A stretch of DNA of 63,920 bases, counting the filler, from Dicyema japonicum (Eukaryota; Animalia; Dicyemida), in the NCBI GenBank assembly GCA_011109175.1. It is 7 parts of 7 records of this genome, joined end to end, with 100 filler letters (N's around TTAATTAATTAA, not from the genome) between each part and the next. Parts side by side here need not be neighbours in the genome. Positions count along the whole stretch, not along the records: positions 1 to 7,056 come from RDEW01000120.1; positions 7,157 to 13,633 come from RDEW01000150.1; 5 more parts are not named here. The stretch is one strand, 5' to 3'. A program made the translations under genes and the position numbers. Position 1 is the first letter of the stretch. Every line of letters begins with the position of its first letter. Shown piece by piece: positions 1-10,473 of the stretch. The notes under the pieces are model-generated. The model was not told where the DNA came from, did not search any database, and was given only the letters and a program-made list of their open reading frames with translations.

Positions 1-522
1 TGCTTTGAAGCGTGCAATGGCAGAGGCACTGGGGTACTCCCGCTGTAGGTGGCCTAAAAGGTCATTATCCTCGAAGTCCCGGGGGACCCGAGGAGCAGGA
101 CTCTTACCTGCCTTACCTTGCGTTCAGTCCTGACAAGCCGATGCATGCCAGGACCGAACGGGCTGGACTTTTCCAGCTTCAAAGGGAGCTGGAAAAGTCC
201 TCCTCCTTCTCCCACCCAAGCAGGAATTGGGTGGGCTCCCTCTTCAGGACTCTATACCGCCTAGATGGCTGTATCGAGTCAGAGTCCTAAAATTTTTACG
301 ACTGAGGCCTTTCACTTTTGGGAAAGACCTCAAGTCGTGCCACTACGCCGAAGGTAATTCTACCCCGGCGCGAGCGGTCTTCTTTGGGTGTAAATCCACC
401 TGCGCAGACGCACACCAGTGCCTAAATGACGGCTGCGGCACGTTTGGGTTTCCCCACGGTACGCCAACCGTCCTCGGAAGCTACCTTAAGTCATTTCGGT
501 TGTTGGGGCGATGGAGGTGACA
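1..522 (-). mobile_element. GC-rich, densely structured LTR-like segment (runs off window start)
   Basis: Sharp GC-rich block beginning TGTCAC at 522 on the minus strand (LTR-type TG..CA terminus). Serial hairpins, e.g. GGACTTTTCCAGCT/AGCTGGAAAAGTCC and CCCACCCAA/TTGGGTGGG. No second LTR, PBS or recognisable ORF in the window. Confidence 0.35.
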
Positions 523-1382
523 TAGTCGTTATAGCCTGAGTTGTACACGCCTTCGTCGCACTCGCTGGGATTTATTGCTGGATTTTGGTTGTTTTGATTT
601 GCACGTTTGGTCTGGATATCTTTTACTTGTTTTTCGATTTCTTTATAAAAATCAACCACACCAGACATAATGCGCAATTTACGTTCTGATCTTCATCGTC
701 AAAAGCCATTAGACCTTCAAGTTGTTGTGTATTTGGCAGAAAATCACTTCCATAATTCATAAAAATGCTAAATGGTCCGTGTATTGTGGTTCCATGGACC
801 TTCTTATTATAGTCATAAGTAATTTTTTAAATACTGTCGATATCTCTTCAAAAATTCTCATTCGATGCACTAGTTGAAGATATCTTGTTTTTAATTGATT
901 GATTAACTATAAATTAGTAATTTCCTTTTCCACTTGGCCTTTGTATCCACGTGCGCGTAGTCTTCCACATACGTGATGTATATCAAATTCATCTCATAAT
1001 TCGTTCATATAGGAATTGTTAAACTCTTTTCCATGGTCGGTTATAACCTCAATCATTGTTGCTTTAGTTTCTTCCTCTTCTATACAAAAAATCAAAGTAA
1101 AGCAATTGTTCTTTCGAATAAATGACTTTCCGTCAGAGTATTCAAATTTTTTGGTGAATTCTGAATCTATGCTTTAGTCTTTTTTAATCACTTCATCAAA
1201 CTTTTGATTTTTTAATTTTTAGAAGATTTGCTTTTGAAAGTATTTTTATGCTGAATTTAATTAATTAATTATTACGATAATATGATAAAAAATAAAACCA
1301 ATTTTTATTCTCTAATGAAAATAAATTATTCTATCCATTTTTTATTTTAATATACGCACCCGGTCCGCTCAAAACCGTGACA
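523..1382 (-). mobile_element. Decayed Ginger/GIN-type (gypsy-integrase-related) element
   Basis: Minus-strand translation with stops: IEVITDHGKEFNNSYMNEL*DEFDIHHVCGRLRARGYKGQVEKEI (DDE integrase core, SDNGxEF-like) and KVHGTTIHGPF. Putative terminus TGTCACGG at 1382. Confidence 0.55.
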
Positions 1383-2817
1383 ATAAATTAACTACTTTGT
1401 TAATTATTACAAATTTATGATACAATTTTTATATAAAAAATAAACTCAAGCATTTCTAAATCAGTGGAAAACAGTCAATAGAATTTTTGAATCAGTCTCA
1501 TATTTTTAACAGAAATGTTCTTATTAATTACGTTTTTAAATCAAAAAGACCTTTCAATCTAACTTGCAATCGTTTCTATTTTTATTTCTTTATTATATAC
1601 ATTTTATCGACAATTTTTCCAGATGCTGCTCCTTATTCGATACAAAAAATTTGTTTTTGTTAAACTTTAAACAGATTTTTTGATCAAAATAAACTTTCCA
1701 TCCAAGAAATTATTCCATTGACTACCTAATGACTAGGGGTGATAAAGTTAATAAAGTTAAATTTTAATATTTTATATAAAAATTAAAAAAACTGTTTTCA
1801 CTATTTTTAAACATTTTATCTTTATATTTTAAAAACTAATAAAGTTAAAAGTTAAAAAAATTAAATTGTAGGGTTAATTTTTTTAACTTAATTTTTTCCA
1901 TTTTTCAACAAATTATTATTTTAAAATAATAACAATGAGTTATTTTGTAGACTATGTTTAACGACAGTGAATTGCACAAAAAGTATCTTGTTAACCTCTA
2001 CAGTTGTCTAAGAAACATAAAATTTCCGCTGGTAAGGATTTTTCGATGATATAATAGATCGTTTGACTCTTTAAAGTTACTTATTAGGTCCCATTCAGCA
2101 AATTGATTCTGCACCTACAAAAAATATTATAGCCTCAAATTGTGATGATTCGATCCGAAATCTTATGGTCGAAAGGATAATTGTATGTTTCATATTTCTG
2201 ATGTTGAGGTATATGATGGGCGGTATTGTTTTAATTCATGTACGATTTAGCAGGGAAAATTTTAAAAAATCTATATCCTAATCTTTCATGATGATGATGG
2301 GCGGTATCCCATGTCAATTGCGTCGCCAATATTTTACATAATTTTTCAATGGAGGTGAGAAAATCTTATCCAGAGGTTGATGACGTGATAGCTAGCGTAC
2401 AAGCTGCTATTAGGAAGAACCAAAAGCGACAATTGTTGTTTTCAGGAAATTGTAATTCGCCAAAAGTCGTACTGGTTAAAAGCTGCATCTTATTATTCAA
2501 AATTTTATCTCAGTGATTCATATTTTTGAGTTAATTGAGAACGAAAATTTTACTAACTTCTACGGAGAGTGAAAAATGATAGATTAGTACAAAGTTTATG
2601 TGTAATTTCGCATAGCTATTCACACATTCCAGGTTGTTATTAAATAGTAATTCATAGAAAAAATATTCAAATTTGAAAGTTCAAATTTTAGTCATTAGTA
2701 ATTTGTAATGACTAAAATTTTTCATATCACAAATCTTGAGTTTTTGAATAGAAAAACCTTAATTAAATTGAAATGTATTTACAAACAGTATTTAATCAAA
2801 ATACTTTTCAGAACCTA

Positions 2818-3482
2818 TACATGAGCATCGCCAAGGTAAAGTATCTTGGTGTGGTTTGAGAGTCCAGCCTCATTAATAACACTTGAAACGAGAAAGTGTT
2901 TAGTGGAGGGTTGCGTAGTAGGGCAGCAATTTTGAGCAAAACTCGCCTCAATGCACGGAACTTATTTCATGCCTTGAACGAGTACGCGATTTCACTGCTA
3001 AACTACTACGTTGGCCTGATCGAATTCGAGCCGAGTGAGTACGATGAAATGGACCTTATTGTCCGAAGAGTACTCCGAGAGAATCACGTCCACGTGTTGG
3101 CAAGCAATAAGGAGAGATTATACTTGTCATTCCGTGTGTGATGACATGGATGGACTGGTCACTAAATACCACGAGGGTTACTTAAAACAGTTGGGTGTAG
3201 ATAAGTCTTTACAGGCTAATGTGCATTGAACTATTCGTATGAGAACTCGGGAGAGTATCTCGTTTGATGCTCGCCGATTCAGTCCTTTCCTGACATTTAG
3301 TCAGAGAGAGACGCTGAACTGCACTTTCTCGGAGGTCTACAGAGCCAGAGAGGATGAGGAAGAAGAGGAAAGGTGCGTGGAGTGCCATCCTCTGTTCACT
3401 TCGAAAGCTCTGGACTTAGTTAGGAAATTAATTAGTTAATTGTTTTCTTTTTATAAAGCTAAATCTACATGAGCATCGCCAA
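2818..3482 (+). mobile_element. 5'-truncated, internally deleted RLE-type (R4/NeSL-like) non-LTR retrotransposon with 17-bp TSD
   Basis: Perfect direct repeat TACATGAGCATCGCCAA at 2818-2834 and 3466-3482. Inside: KVKYLG, LNARNLFHALNEYAISLLNYYVG..KERLYL fused to the C-terminal DMDGLVTKYHEGYLKQLG and ESISFDARR. Confidence 0.8.
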
Positions 3483-4363
3483 CTTCAATTATTAAAAGAG
3501 TCACTTGAAAAATTTCCGCAGAAAATTAGAGTTACAGAGTTTATAAATTTCTAAAGTTTAAACTTTATTTAAAGTGTAAAAAGTTGAAACCAGTGAATAC
3601 AACATAATAAATCAGTTTAATAAATCAATATATTTTTTAATAGTAATAACTCATGCGCTTTACGGTCCGTGCTCCTCTAATACTTGCGCCCGTCAGCAAA
3701 TACCGACACTAGGTGGGTGGTGCTTATCCATTTATCTGTGAGTGGTGCTCTCTGACGCTTATCTGGGCATTTCAGCGAATGCTTAAAACTTGCTTTTAAA
3801 ATGTCTTTCATCGTTACTCTTTTGTTGTTTGGCAGCTTTTGCTACATATCAAACACAGATAAGGTAACATCACTGAAAATGAATTTTCTACTGCAAATTT
3901 TCTTTTTTAAATCATTCAAGTTTCAGCAGTGAGCACCCGTTAGTGTTACGAACAAATGAAGATGAAGATTGCTGTCGGTGATATGAATTTATTTAAAAAC
4001 ATTATTTAATCGAATCAACTAAAACACATGAAAATCGTGCACCCAAATGAATTCATGAAAGCAAAAGGAAAAAAGCAACATTCCATGTTTTACATCATGA
4101 CAATCAGGAGCCACTATATGGAAGCTGAAGACCCCCAGGTTGCCGATATCCGATCTAGAGTGCTTACAGTAACATTAAAACAGCGCATAGTAAATAAATA
4201 GTTTCTAAAACATCAAAGGTTATTAAGACTACCCTTACTTAACTGCATCTTTGGAGAAACGGTGGACAAGCTCAATGTTAATAATAATAAGGCACTTTTC
4301 CGCTAACCGAGGCACGTAAAACTACGCACGTGCAAGCCACACAGTTTTGCAACACAAGAGAAC

Positions 4364-4642
4364 AAGTTAAGTTAAGTTAAGTTAGCCGTATTCAGCCGAT
4401 TCCGGGCCATTGGCGATTCTGTTGATCAAATTCCTCCACGAAACCCTGTCCTTGACGAGCTCTACAATCACGAGAAAATCATTGTCCGGCTTATTTTAAC
4501 GACCTGTGAAGACAATTTAATTTTGGTCTTCCTTGCTTTCTCTTTCCGGTGAACAAAGATTGCAAGATCAACTTGAATGAGAACAAGTTAGTAATTCTAA
4601 TTAATCCGAATTGAGAATGGGGTCCATGCTCAATATTAATCC
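4364..4642 (-). mobile_element. RTE-clade LINE 3' end with (TAACT)n tail
   Basis: Translation ..GKRKQGRPKLNC.. (GRPK C-terminal motif). Tail seen as (AAGTT)n at 4364-4385 on plus. Related copy at 6692-7056. Confidence 0.72.
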
Positions 4643-4674
4643 NNNNNNNNNNNNNNNNNNNNNNNNNNNNNNNN

Positions 4675-6412
4675 GTTCGACCGACGGGGTGGGTCCCCCC
4701 CAAAGCAGCCTCCGTCTGTCTCACACTCCTCACCGATGCTGCCACGACGACATGCTCCCCCACGTCTCCAGTTCGCTCAGCAGTGGATTGCAATGACAAT
4801 TGAACATGCGAGAGGCCGCCGTCATGTCATTCGGTCGTGTCTGTGTATCAGTTTAGGCTGCGTCGTCCGGTTTGCCCCCAACATTGCCCCCTACGCTGCC
4901 CGCGTCCTCCCCTCTTCCTCACACTCGCCAACTACCGACCACAGATGTGGCAGTCAGGGACACCGTCGTCTGGGTGCTCGGCCAGTTGTGCGAGTACGTC
5001 CCCCGACTGCGTGCTCCCCCACTTGCTCGATGGCATTGCCCCACACACTCCGCTTGTGTCTCACCCACGAACAACGAGTGGCCACCAATGCCTGCTACGT
5101 TACCATCCCCATTCACCCCCCAGGCACTCTCCAGTCTTGCTAACACTGCCGACAATCCTCGCCCCACTTCCACTCTCTCTTCCAGGCAGTCTTCGCCCTC
5201 TGCACTACACACTCTCAGTCTCCCTTCTCTCGTGTACTACGAGACTCTCATCTGTTTCATCACCCACGCCCCCAACATACTCCCTTCCCACGACATGTCT
5301 TGTGTCCTCGCCCATTATTTCCCTCCCATCGTACAATACCTCCAACAGACCTTCCAAGCTCGTCCCTGCCCAAATGGACATGATATACCACCTACAGTCA
5401 CTCCTCTGTGCACTTATCAGAGTACTCCTCCCCATCACCACAAGAGCATTGTCCTCCTCCTCCCCCTCAACTCGACGGGAGTTGCCAACTGTGCATTCAC
5501 ATGCTCTCACCTTCCTGTCTCCTCGCCACCAGGATGTCCACGAGGACGCCTTTACGCCCTCTCTGCTTTCGTGGACTGTACTCCCTCCTTACCACTCCTA
5601 GCAATGGGCAACACCCTCACTCCTTCCTCGCCCTCCTCCCCGCCTTGCTCAATATCCTCCGACCGGACAACTACGAGGAGGTTCCCCACTGTCCCCATCC
5701 CAGGTGTTGTTGGCGGGTGTCGCATTGGTCGGCGACATCAACTCGGCTGTGGGAGACCAGTTCGTGCCCTACGCCAACGCCGCCATGTCCAGTCTGTGGA
5801 ATATCCTCATCGTTGGTGTGTCTCATTATTCCCCAGAGTCCCAACACGTCTGACAAACTCAAGGCAGTCATTTTGTCCGGCTTCGGGGACTTGGCCTTGT
5901 CACTGGGGATCAGTTCGCCCCATTTGCCACCCTCGTCCTCGACACACTCCAATCTGCTGCCTCCGCCTCCTTCGACCAAGTGCCCCCTTCCCTCATGTCC
6001 AGTCCACCCAGGAAGGCCTCGCTCTCCTCTCCCAGACACACGAAGCCTGCATCCAGGCCTACACGGGAATTGTCCAGGGACTTGCTGGTGCTTTGTTGTT
6101 TAACCACCAGCATCCCACTCTTCCCTCGTCAAACCCCACGTCCCCTTTTTGTTGGAGTTTTTGAGTTCGGTGGCCGCCAACTCTGTCATTTACGACATTT
6201 CCACTTTGGACAATGTGTGCGGACTATTGGGGTGTGCCCACGTTGTCAGTGCTAGGGACATGTTGGGCATGTTTTCCACACAAACTCGCTCCCTCTTTGC
6301 CGTGGACTGCGTCAAGGAACTGTTGACGAACGAGCGACTGACATGCACCCCGAATGGGAAGAAGACTGTCAATTGGGTTAAGAAACAGTTAAGAAAGGCG
6401 AATAAGGCGTAG
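4675..6412 (+). CDS. KPNB1: Importin subunit beta-1, C-terminal ~60% (5' part lost in gap; several apparent indels)
   Basis: Motifs VRDTVVWVLGQLCEYVP, HLQSLLCAL, VHEDA, LKAVILSGFGDLALSLG, EACIQAYTGIVQGL, KKTVNWVKKQLRK*. Introns 4834-4856, 5099-5123, 5681-5703, 5812-5836, 5980-6002, 6088-6110 (23-25 nt). Stop TAG 6410-6412. Confidence 0.9.
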
Positions 6413-6691
6413 GTTTGTCCCCCAGTGCTGAGTTTGTAGTTTGAGTGTGCTTGACTGTGTATGATTGTTCTTTGTTTTGTTTGCTTGTTATTCAGTGGCC
6501 ACCAACGGGGGACTATTGGAGTAGACATGTCGGTAGTCTACATTATTGTCCTGTATGCTACCAACATTTCTCCTCCTGCTTATTCTTTCCGTTGGCCCAT
6601 TAAGTATGTCTACTATTCTGACCCCTGCTTTGTTGCCCACAGTTGTCTGTAGTCAATAACCAATTTATGTGTCAAAACCAATTTATGTGTC

Positions 6692-7056
6692 AAGTTGAGT
6701 TAGCCTTATTCTACCGATTCCGGCCATTGGCGATTCTATTGATCAAATTGTTCCACGAATCCCTGTCCTTAGCCAGCTTTACAATCTCCGAAAAATCATT
6801 TCCGGTTGTTTCAACGACTTGTGATGTCCAACTTAATTTTGGTCTATTTTGTTTTCTTTTTCCAGTAAACGCAGATAGCAAGATTTTCTTTTTTATATCA
6901 TCCCCCCGAAATACGTGTCTAAAATAAGATAATCGTTGATTTCATATTTTCTCCACAAGCGACAATGATGGTTTAATTTTTGCAAGAACTTTGTCATTTT
7001 ATACTTTGTCGTACCAATTTACTTACAAAAGTTTACGCTAGCACCATAATTCTAAT
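6692..7056 (-). mobile_element. RTE-clade LINE 3' end (same family as 4364-4642)
   Basis: Shares GTTAGCC..CCGATTCCGG(G)CCATTGGCGATTCT..GATCAAATT..CCACGAA.CCCTGTCCTT with the 4364 copy. Confidence 0.72.
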
Positions 7057-7156
7057 NNNNNNNNNNNNNNNNNNNNNNNNNNNNNNNNNNNNNNNNNNNN
7101 TTAATTAATTAANNNNNNNNNNNNNNNNNNNNNNNNNNNNNNNNNNNNNNNNNNNN
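7057..7156. other. Artificial scaffold spacer
   Basis: N-run, TTAATTAATTAA (7101-7112; stop in all six frames), N-run; 100 bp total. Confidence 0.97.
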
Positions 7157-7545
7157 CGTGAGTTAACCCGAACTGATGAAAAATGGAGATACTGTAAAAA
7201 ATTGGAGTCGTTGCTTGGAGACCCTGAGGTTATCACCAACAGGAAAATGTTGGCCGTCGCGGCCTTTAGAAAAATGGGAGCAGTATGGATTCGTCGTGAA
7301 CAAATCAGCACACAATTACGTGTAAGACTATGCAATGCCTTTGTAAAACCGGTTCTAATGTACAATGCTGCAACCTCGGGAGTCTCGCAAGCCTGGATAA
7401 ACTAGATTCCTTCCACCGTAAACAACTCAGACTGCTGCTTGGCATCAACTGGCCAAAGAAAATAACAAACAAGAACTTATAAAAATATAAAAAGACATCA
7501 TTGAATCTGAACTATTTCTGCCCAGAAGTGAACAACTCGTTCCGT
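7157..7545 (+). mobile_element. RTE-like LINE fragment (post-RT region)
   Basis: LAVAAFRKMGAVWIRR..RVRLCNAFVKPVLMYNAATSG..LDSFHRKQLRLLLGINWPKKI. Shares AACTATTTCTGCCCAGAAGTGAA with the 21505-21755 segment. Confidence 0.72.
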
Positions 7546-7715
7546 TCAGTTTATTTGCAAAGTTTTTCAACATTATTATAACGCCCACAAAGAACCTTTT
7601 TAAATTTTATTTAATTTAAATTTTAAAAATATATTATTGCGTGACGTGGGCATTAATCTGACCAATAATACGCACTTAAATAAAAAAAATAATGTTAGAA
7701 ATATTGTAAAAAAAG

Positions 7716-8125
7716 TCAGTTATCTTTAAAATAGTCAATTCCTGCCTGATTAAAAAGTCCAATGTGCTAGAAAGTAAGACACAGAAATTAAACTGGGAGA
7801 TCCCTGAACTCCTGGTTGTAATCAAACCCCATCCCCACGATGAATCTGTCAGGAATACTAAACCCCACGACTATAAATAGACAAATAGTAATAAAAACAG
7901 TCTGAAGGCATCGTCGGTTTTGCCAGTCGTTTAGAAATAAAAAACGCAGTTTTTACAGAGAGGCGATCATACTCAGCCAGGACCTCCTTTAACTTAATTA
8001 TAGTCCTTCCAGTATCCACAATGTCTTTAAGGATAAGTACATCGTCAATTTGAAATGTATTAATTATTTCTACATAAATATTTTTGTATATCTCAGATTT
8101 ACTGTTGATTGGTTGCCACACCAAA
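7716..8125 (-). CDS. HPRT: Hypoxanthine-guanine phosphoribosyltransferase-like, 3' half (5' part not identified)
   Basis: [17 protein letters not shown] (PRPP loop), then intron 7871-7898, [15 protein letters not shown](F)[10 protein letters not shown] with one missing base, intron 7767-7793, [16 protein letters not shown] (TGA 7716-7718). Confidence 0.75.
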
Positions 8126-8653
8126 GCGATTAAGTAGAATAACTGGAGTCCTACATATCCGCATTGTGGAGGTAGATTCTAAAAATTCATTTCATTACCA
8201 ATAATTTCAAAAACTAAAAAAGCAGAAAATAGATTTACAGGGAATACTCGAACGGAAAGTCTGCATTTGACTGTGACTACTGTATGTGGCACTAACTAGG
8301 AATAAAAAGTGGATATTGCATTAATTAAAAAAAGGAAATAATATAAATGAACATCCGATCACATTAGTGTTAATGCTGGGCATATTAAAAGAATTTCTGT
8401 TTAACAAGACTGTGAGAAATAATTAACTGAAATCCTTTTTATTTTACACAAAAGCTGACCATTTCAGGATTAAGGCACCAACTCTTGACCCTGACTACTG
8501 CATGTAACACTAATCAGAAATAAAAAGTGGAACAGGGAAATATTGGAATGAATAATCAATCACATTAATTTCAATGCAGGGAAAATTAAGTGGAACAAGG
8601 AAATATTAAAATGAATAATCCAGTTAGTTAATTAGCTACATCGAAATATTTTA

Positions 8654-9479
8654 TCAGGTACACTCATCTCTGCATATCATATTCCTTGAAACTGGGTTGA
8701 CGCAGGGGTTGCAATCTATTGTGAGTAAACTAACCTACCAAATGCTTCCTCCGTTTTAAGCATTGCCCTCCATGGTTGATTTGCTTGTATTTTAATACTT
8801 TTGTCAGTTAAGCTGATATTCAGAGAATCAAACGAGTTTGTCGATGTCGTAATCCTTATATAAGAATATTTAAGTATACATTGTGGGTTGGGAACCCTTA
8901 CTGAATATACACATTTTCTGGTTCTCGAAAATACTACACAGTGAGTAATTTAAAATACCGAATGGTTGGGAGATGACTGAATTTTGGCAACTGAAAAGTG
9001 GCATTTTGTGGCATGTAACTTTAATGTTAGAATAAGATTTTTACAGATAATCTAAACTGACTAGATGTGCAAACGCGTCTATATCCACGTAACTCATGTC
9101 TTTACAATATTTCAGATGTCTAATGATTCAAAATATTTGAATGTACATTAAGAATAAGTTATCCAACCCATCAAATGAGTTGTTTAGTATTCTCTTTAAC
9201 GAGTCTCCAGAACAGACACTGGTATTAATGAAATGTTGATTACAATTTCTCCAAGTTGATTAAATTGGAGAATATTTCTCCATTGGGAAATGTAACGCTT
9301 CCATGAATTTTAATATATGATGTATTTTCCTCAACATGTTCTCCATTGAAAGCACAGTCTGACAACTACCTTATTTAAATTAAGCAAATCTTTAAAATCT
9401 CGTTTGTCAAGTTACAGTCACGTTGGATCACTACGTGAACAAAAAGTAGGACAAGTGCAAGCATTAGAATTAAGGTCAT
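8654..9479 (-). CDS. Secreted LRR protein resembling the glycoprotein-hormone-receptor (LGR type A) ectodomain, about 205 aa, no transmembrane domain
   Basis: Manually spliced open frame, 618 nt, 8 exons. Introns 9359-9415 (least certain), 9219-9243, 9120-9146, 9019-9044, 8934-8958, 8855-8879, 8716-8738. Protein: MTLILMLALVLLFVHVV..IFSNLINLEKFVCSGDSLKRILNNSFDGLDNLFLIHLKYCKDMSYVDIDAFAHLVSLDYLYMPQNATFQLPKFSHL..EAFDCNPCVNPVSRNMICRDECT*. Confidence 0.75.
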
Positions 9480-9512
9480 ATTTTATTGTGAATAACTCAT
9501 TGGTTAGACATT

Positions 9513-9990
9513 GAATTAATATATTTATTAAACTGTATTTGTTAATATATATTACTTTGCATTTATTTTCCGAGTTTTATTTTTCCCCGTTCTGAATCCG
9601 TTTTGACTTGGCGACAAGTATTGATCAACTGATTTTGATATGCGATTTAATGTTATATTCGAAAAAGTTTTTCGCAACATGGTCAAAAGCATTTTGAAAA
9701 TCTACTGTGTGTTTGAGGAAAGCTGGAATTCTGCGGGCTGTCAATTTAAAGAAAACACATATTGCCACGANACTTTGCATTTATTTTCCGAGTTTTATTT
9801 TTCCCCGTTCTGAATCCGTTTTGAACTGGCGACAAATATTGATCAACTGATTTTGATATGCGATTTAATGTTATAATCGAAAAAGTTTTTCGCAACATGG
9901 TCAAAAGCATTTTGAAAATTTACTGTGTGTTTGAGGAAAGCTGGAATTCTGCGGGCTGTCAATTTAAAGAAAACACATATTGCCATGATC
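9513..9990 (-). repeat. About 250-bp near-identical duplication across a single N, containing an RTE-like RT fragment
   Basis: ACTTTGCATTT..CACATATTGCCA repeated either side of N9771. Minus frame LLTMLRKTFSNITLNRISKSVDQYLSPSQNGFRTG. Confidence 0.6.
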
Positions 9991-10188
9991 GCAGGATTCT
10001 TAACACATAAGTATAATTTATATGATAATACCTTTGAAACGAATGTACGGAAACTTAAACAAGTTCAAATTGAATGGTTATGATGAAAATTAACAGCAAA
10101 TCTCTTCATTCTATGTTATTCAAATGCTTAAAAGACCCGACTACTGACATTGCATCATCTTCGGGATGGCTTGCAAAAGGGAATAATA

Positions 10189-10250
10189 TGTGACATGGGC
10201 AACGCGTTACGCATGGGCAACGCGTTACGCATGGGCAACCGGTTACATTT
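10189..10250 (+). repeat. Putative TGT-type DNA-transposon terminus with three 18-bp tandem units
   Basis: TGTGA followed by (CATGGGCAACGCGTTACG)x2 and CATGGGCAACCGGTTACA. Related two-unit terminus at 24127. Confidence 0.45.
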
Positions 10251-10473
10251 TTTGACCTTGTAGACGTCAAAATAAAACCCTTTGATTATCACAAATATTA
10301 TTTTTATGCACTAATTATAAATTTTGACTATGCCTTGTATTGATTTAAATTAGTTTTTGTTAATGTACTTAAATAATTTTAAAAAGTTATTTTTTTTTAA
10401 TGTTGGTTAACCTAAACCTATTGCAACATTTTTAGCGTGCTAGATTTATTTCTTATACTGGCTTCTTATAGAG

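Noticed and set aside
205-250. Hammerhead ribozyme (minus-strand CTGAAGAG followed by a hairpin); similar CTGAAGAG at about 53375
   Set aside because: Stem II is not followed by GAAA and no stem III/NUH can be formed.
479-490. R2 28S target-like TTAAGGTAGC on the minus strand
   Set aside because: Only 10 nt match and the flanks are not 28S rRNA.
4736-6164. Long overlapping ORFs (430, 254, 231 aa) as novel proteins
   Set aside because: They are read-through frames of the intron-containing, GC-rich importin-beta gene.
8269-8620. Degenerate ~220-bp direct repeats downstream of the LRR gene as the missing 7TM exons
   Set aside because: Only short hydrophobic patches with frequent stops and no GPCR motifs; treated as non-coding repeat.
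10194-10247. CRISPR-like repeat array (also considered for 60291-60415)
   Set aside because: Repeats are contiguous with no unique spacers, no cas genes, and the context is eukaryotic.
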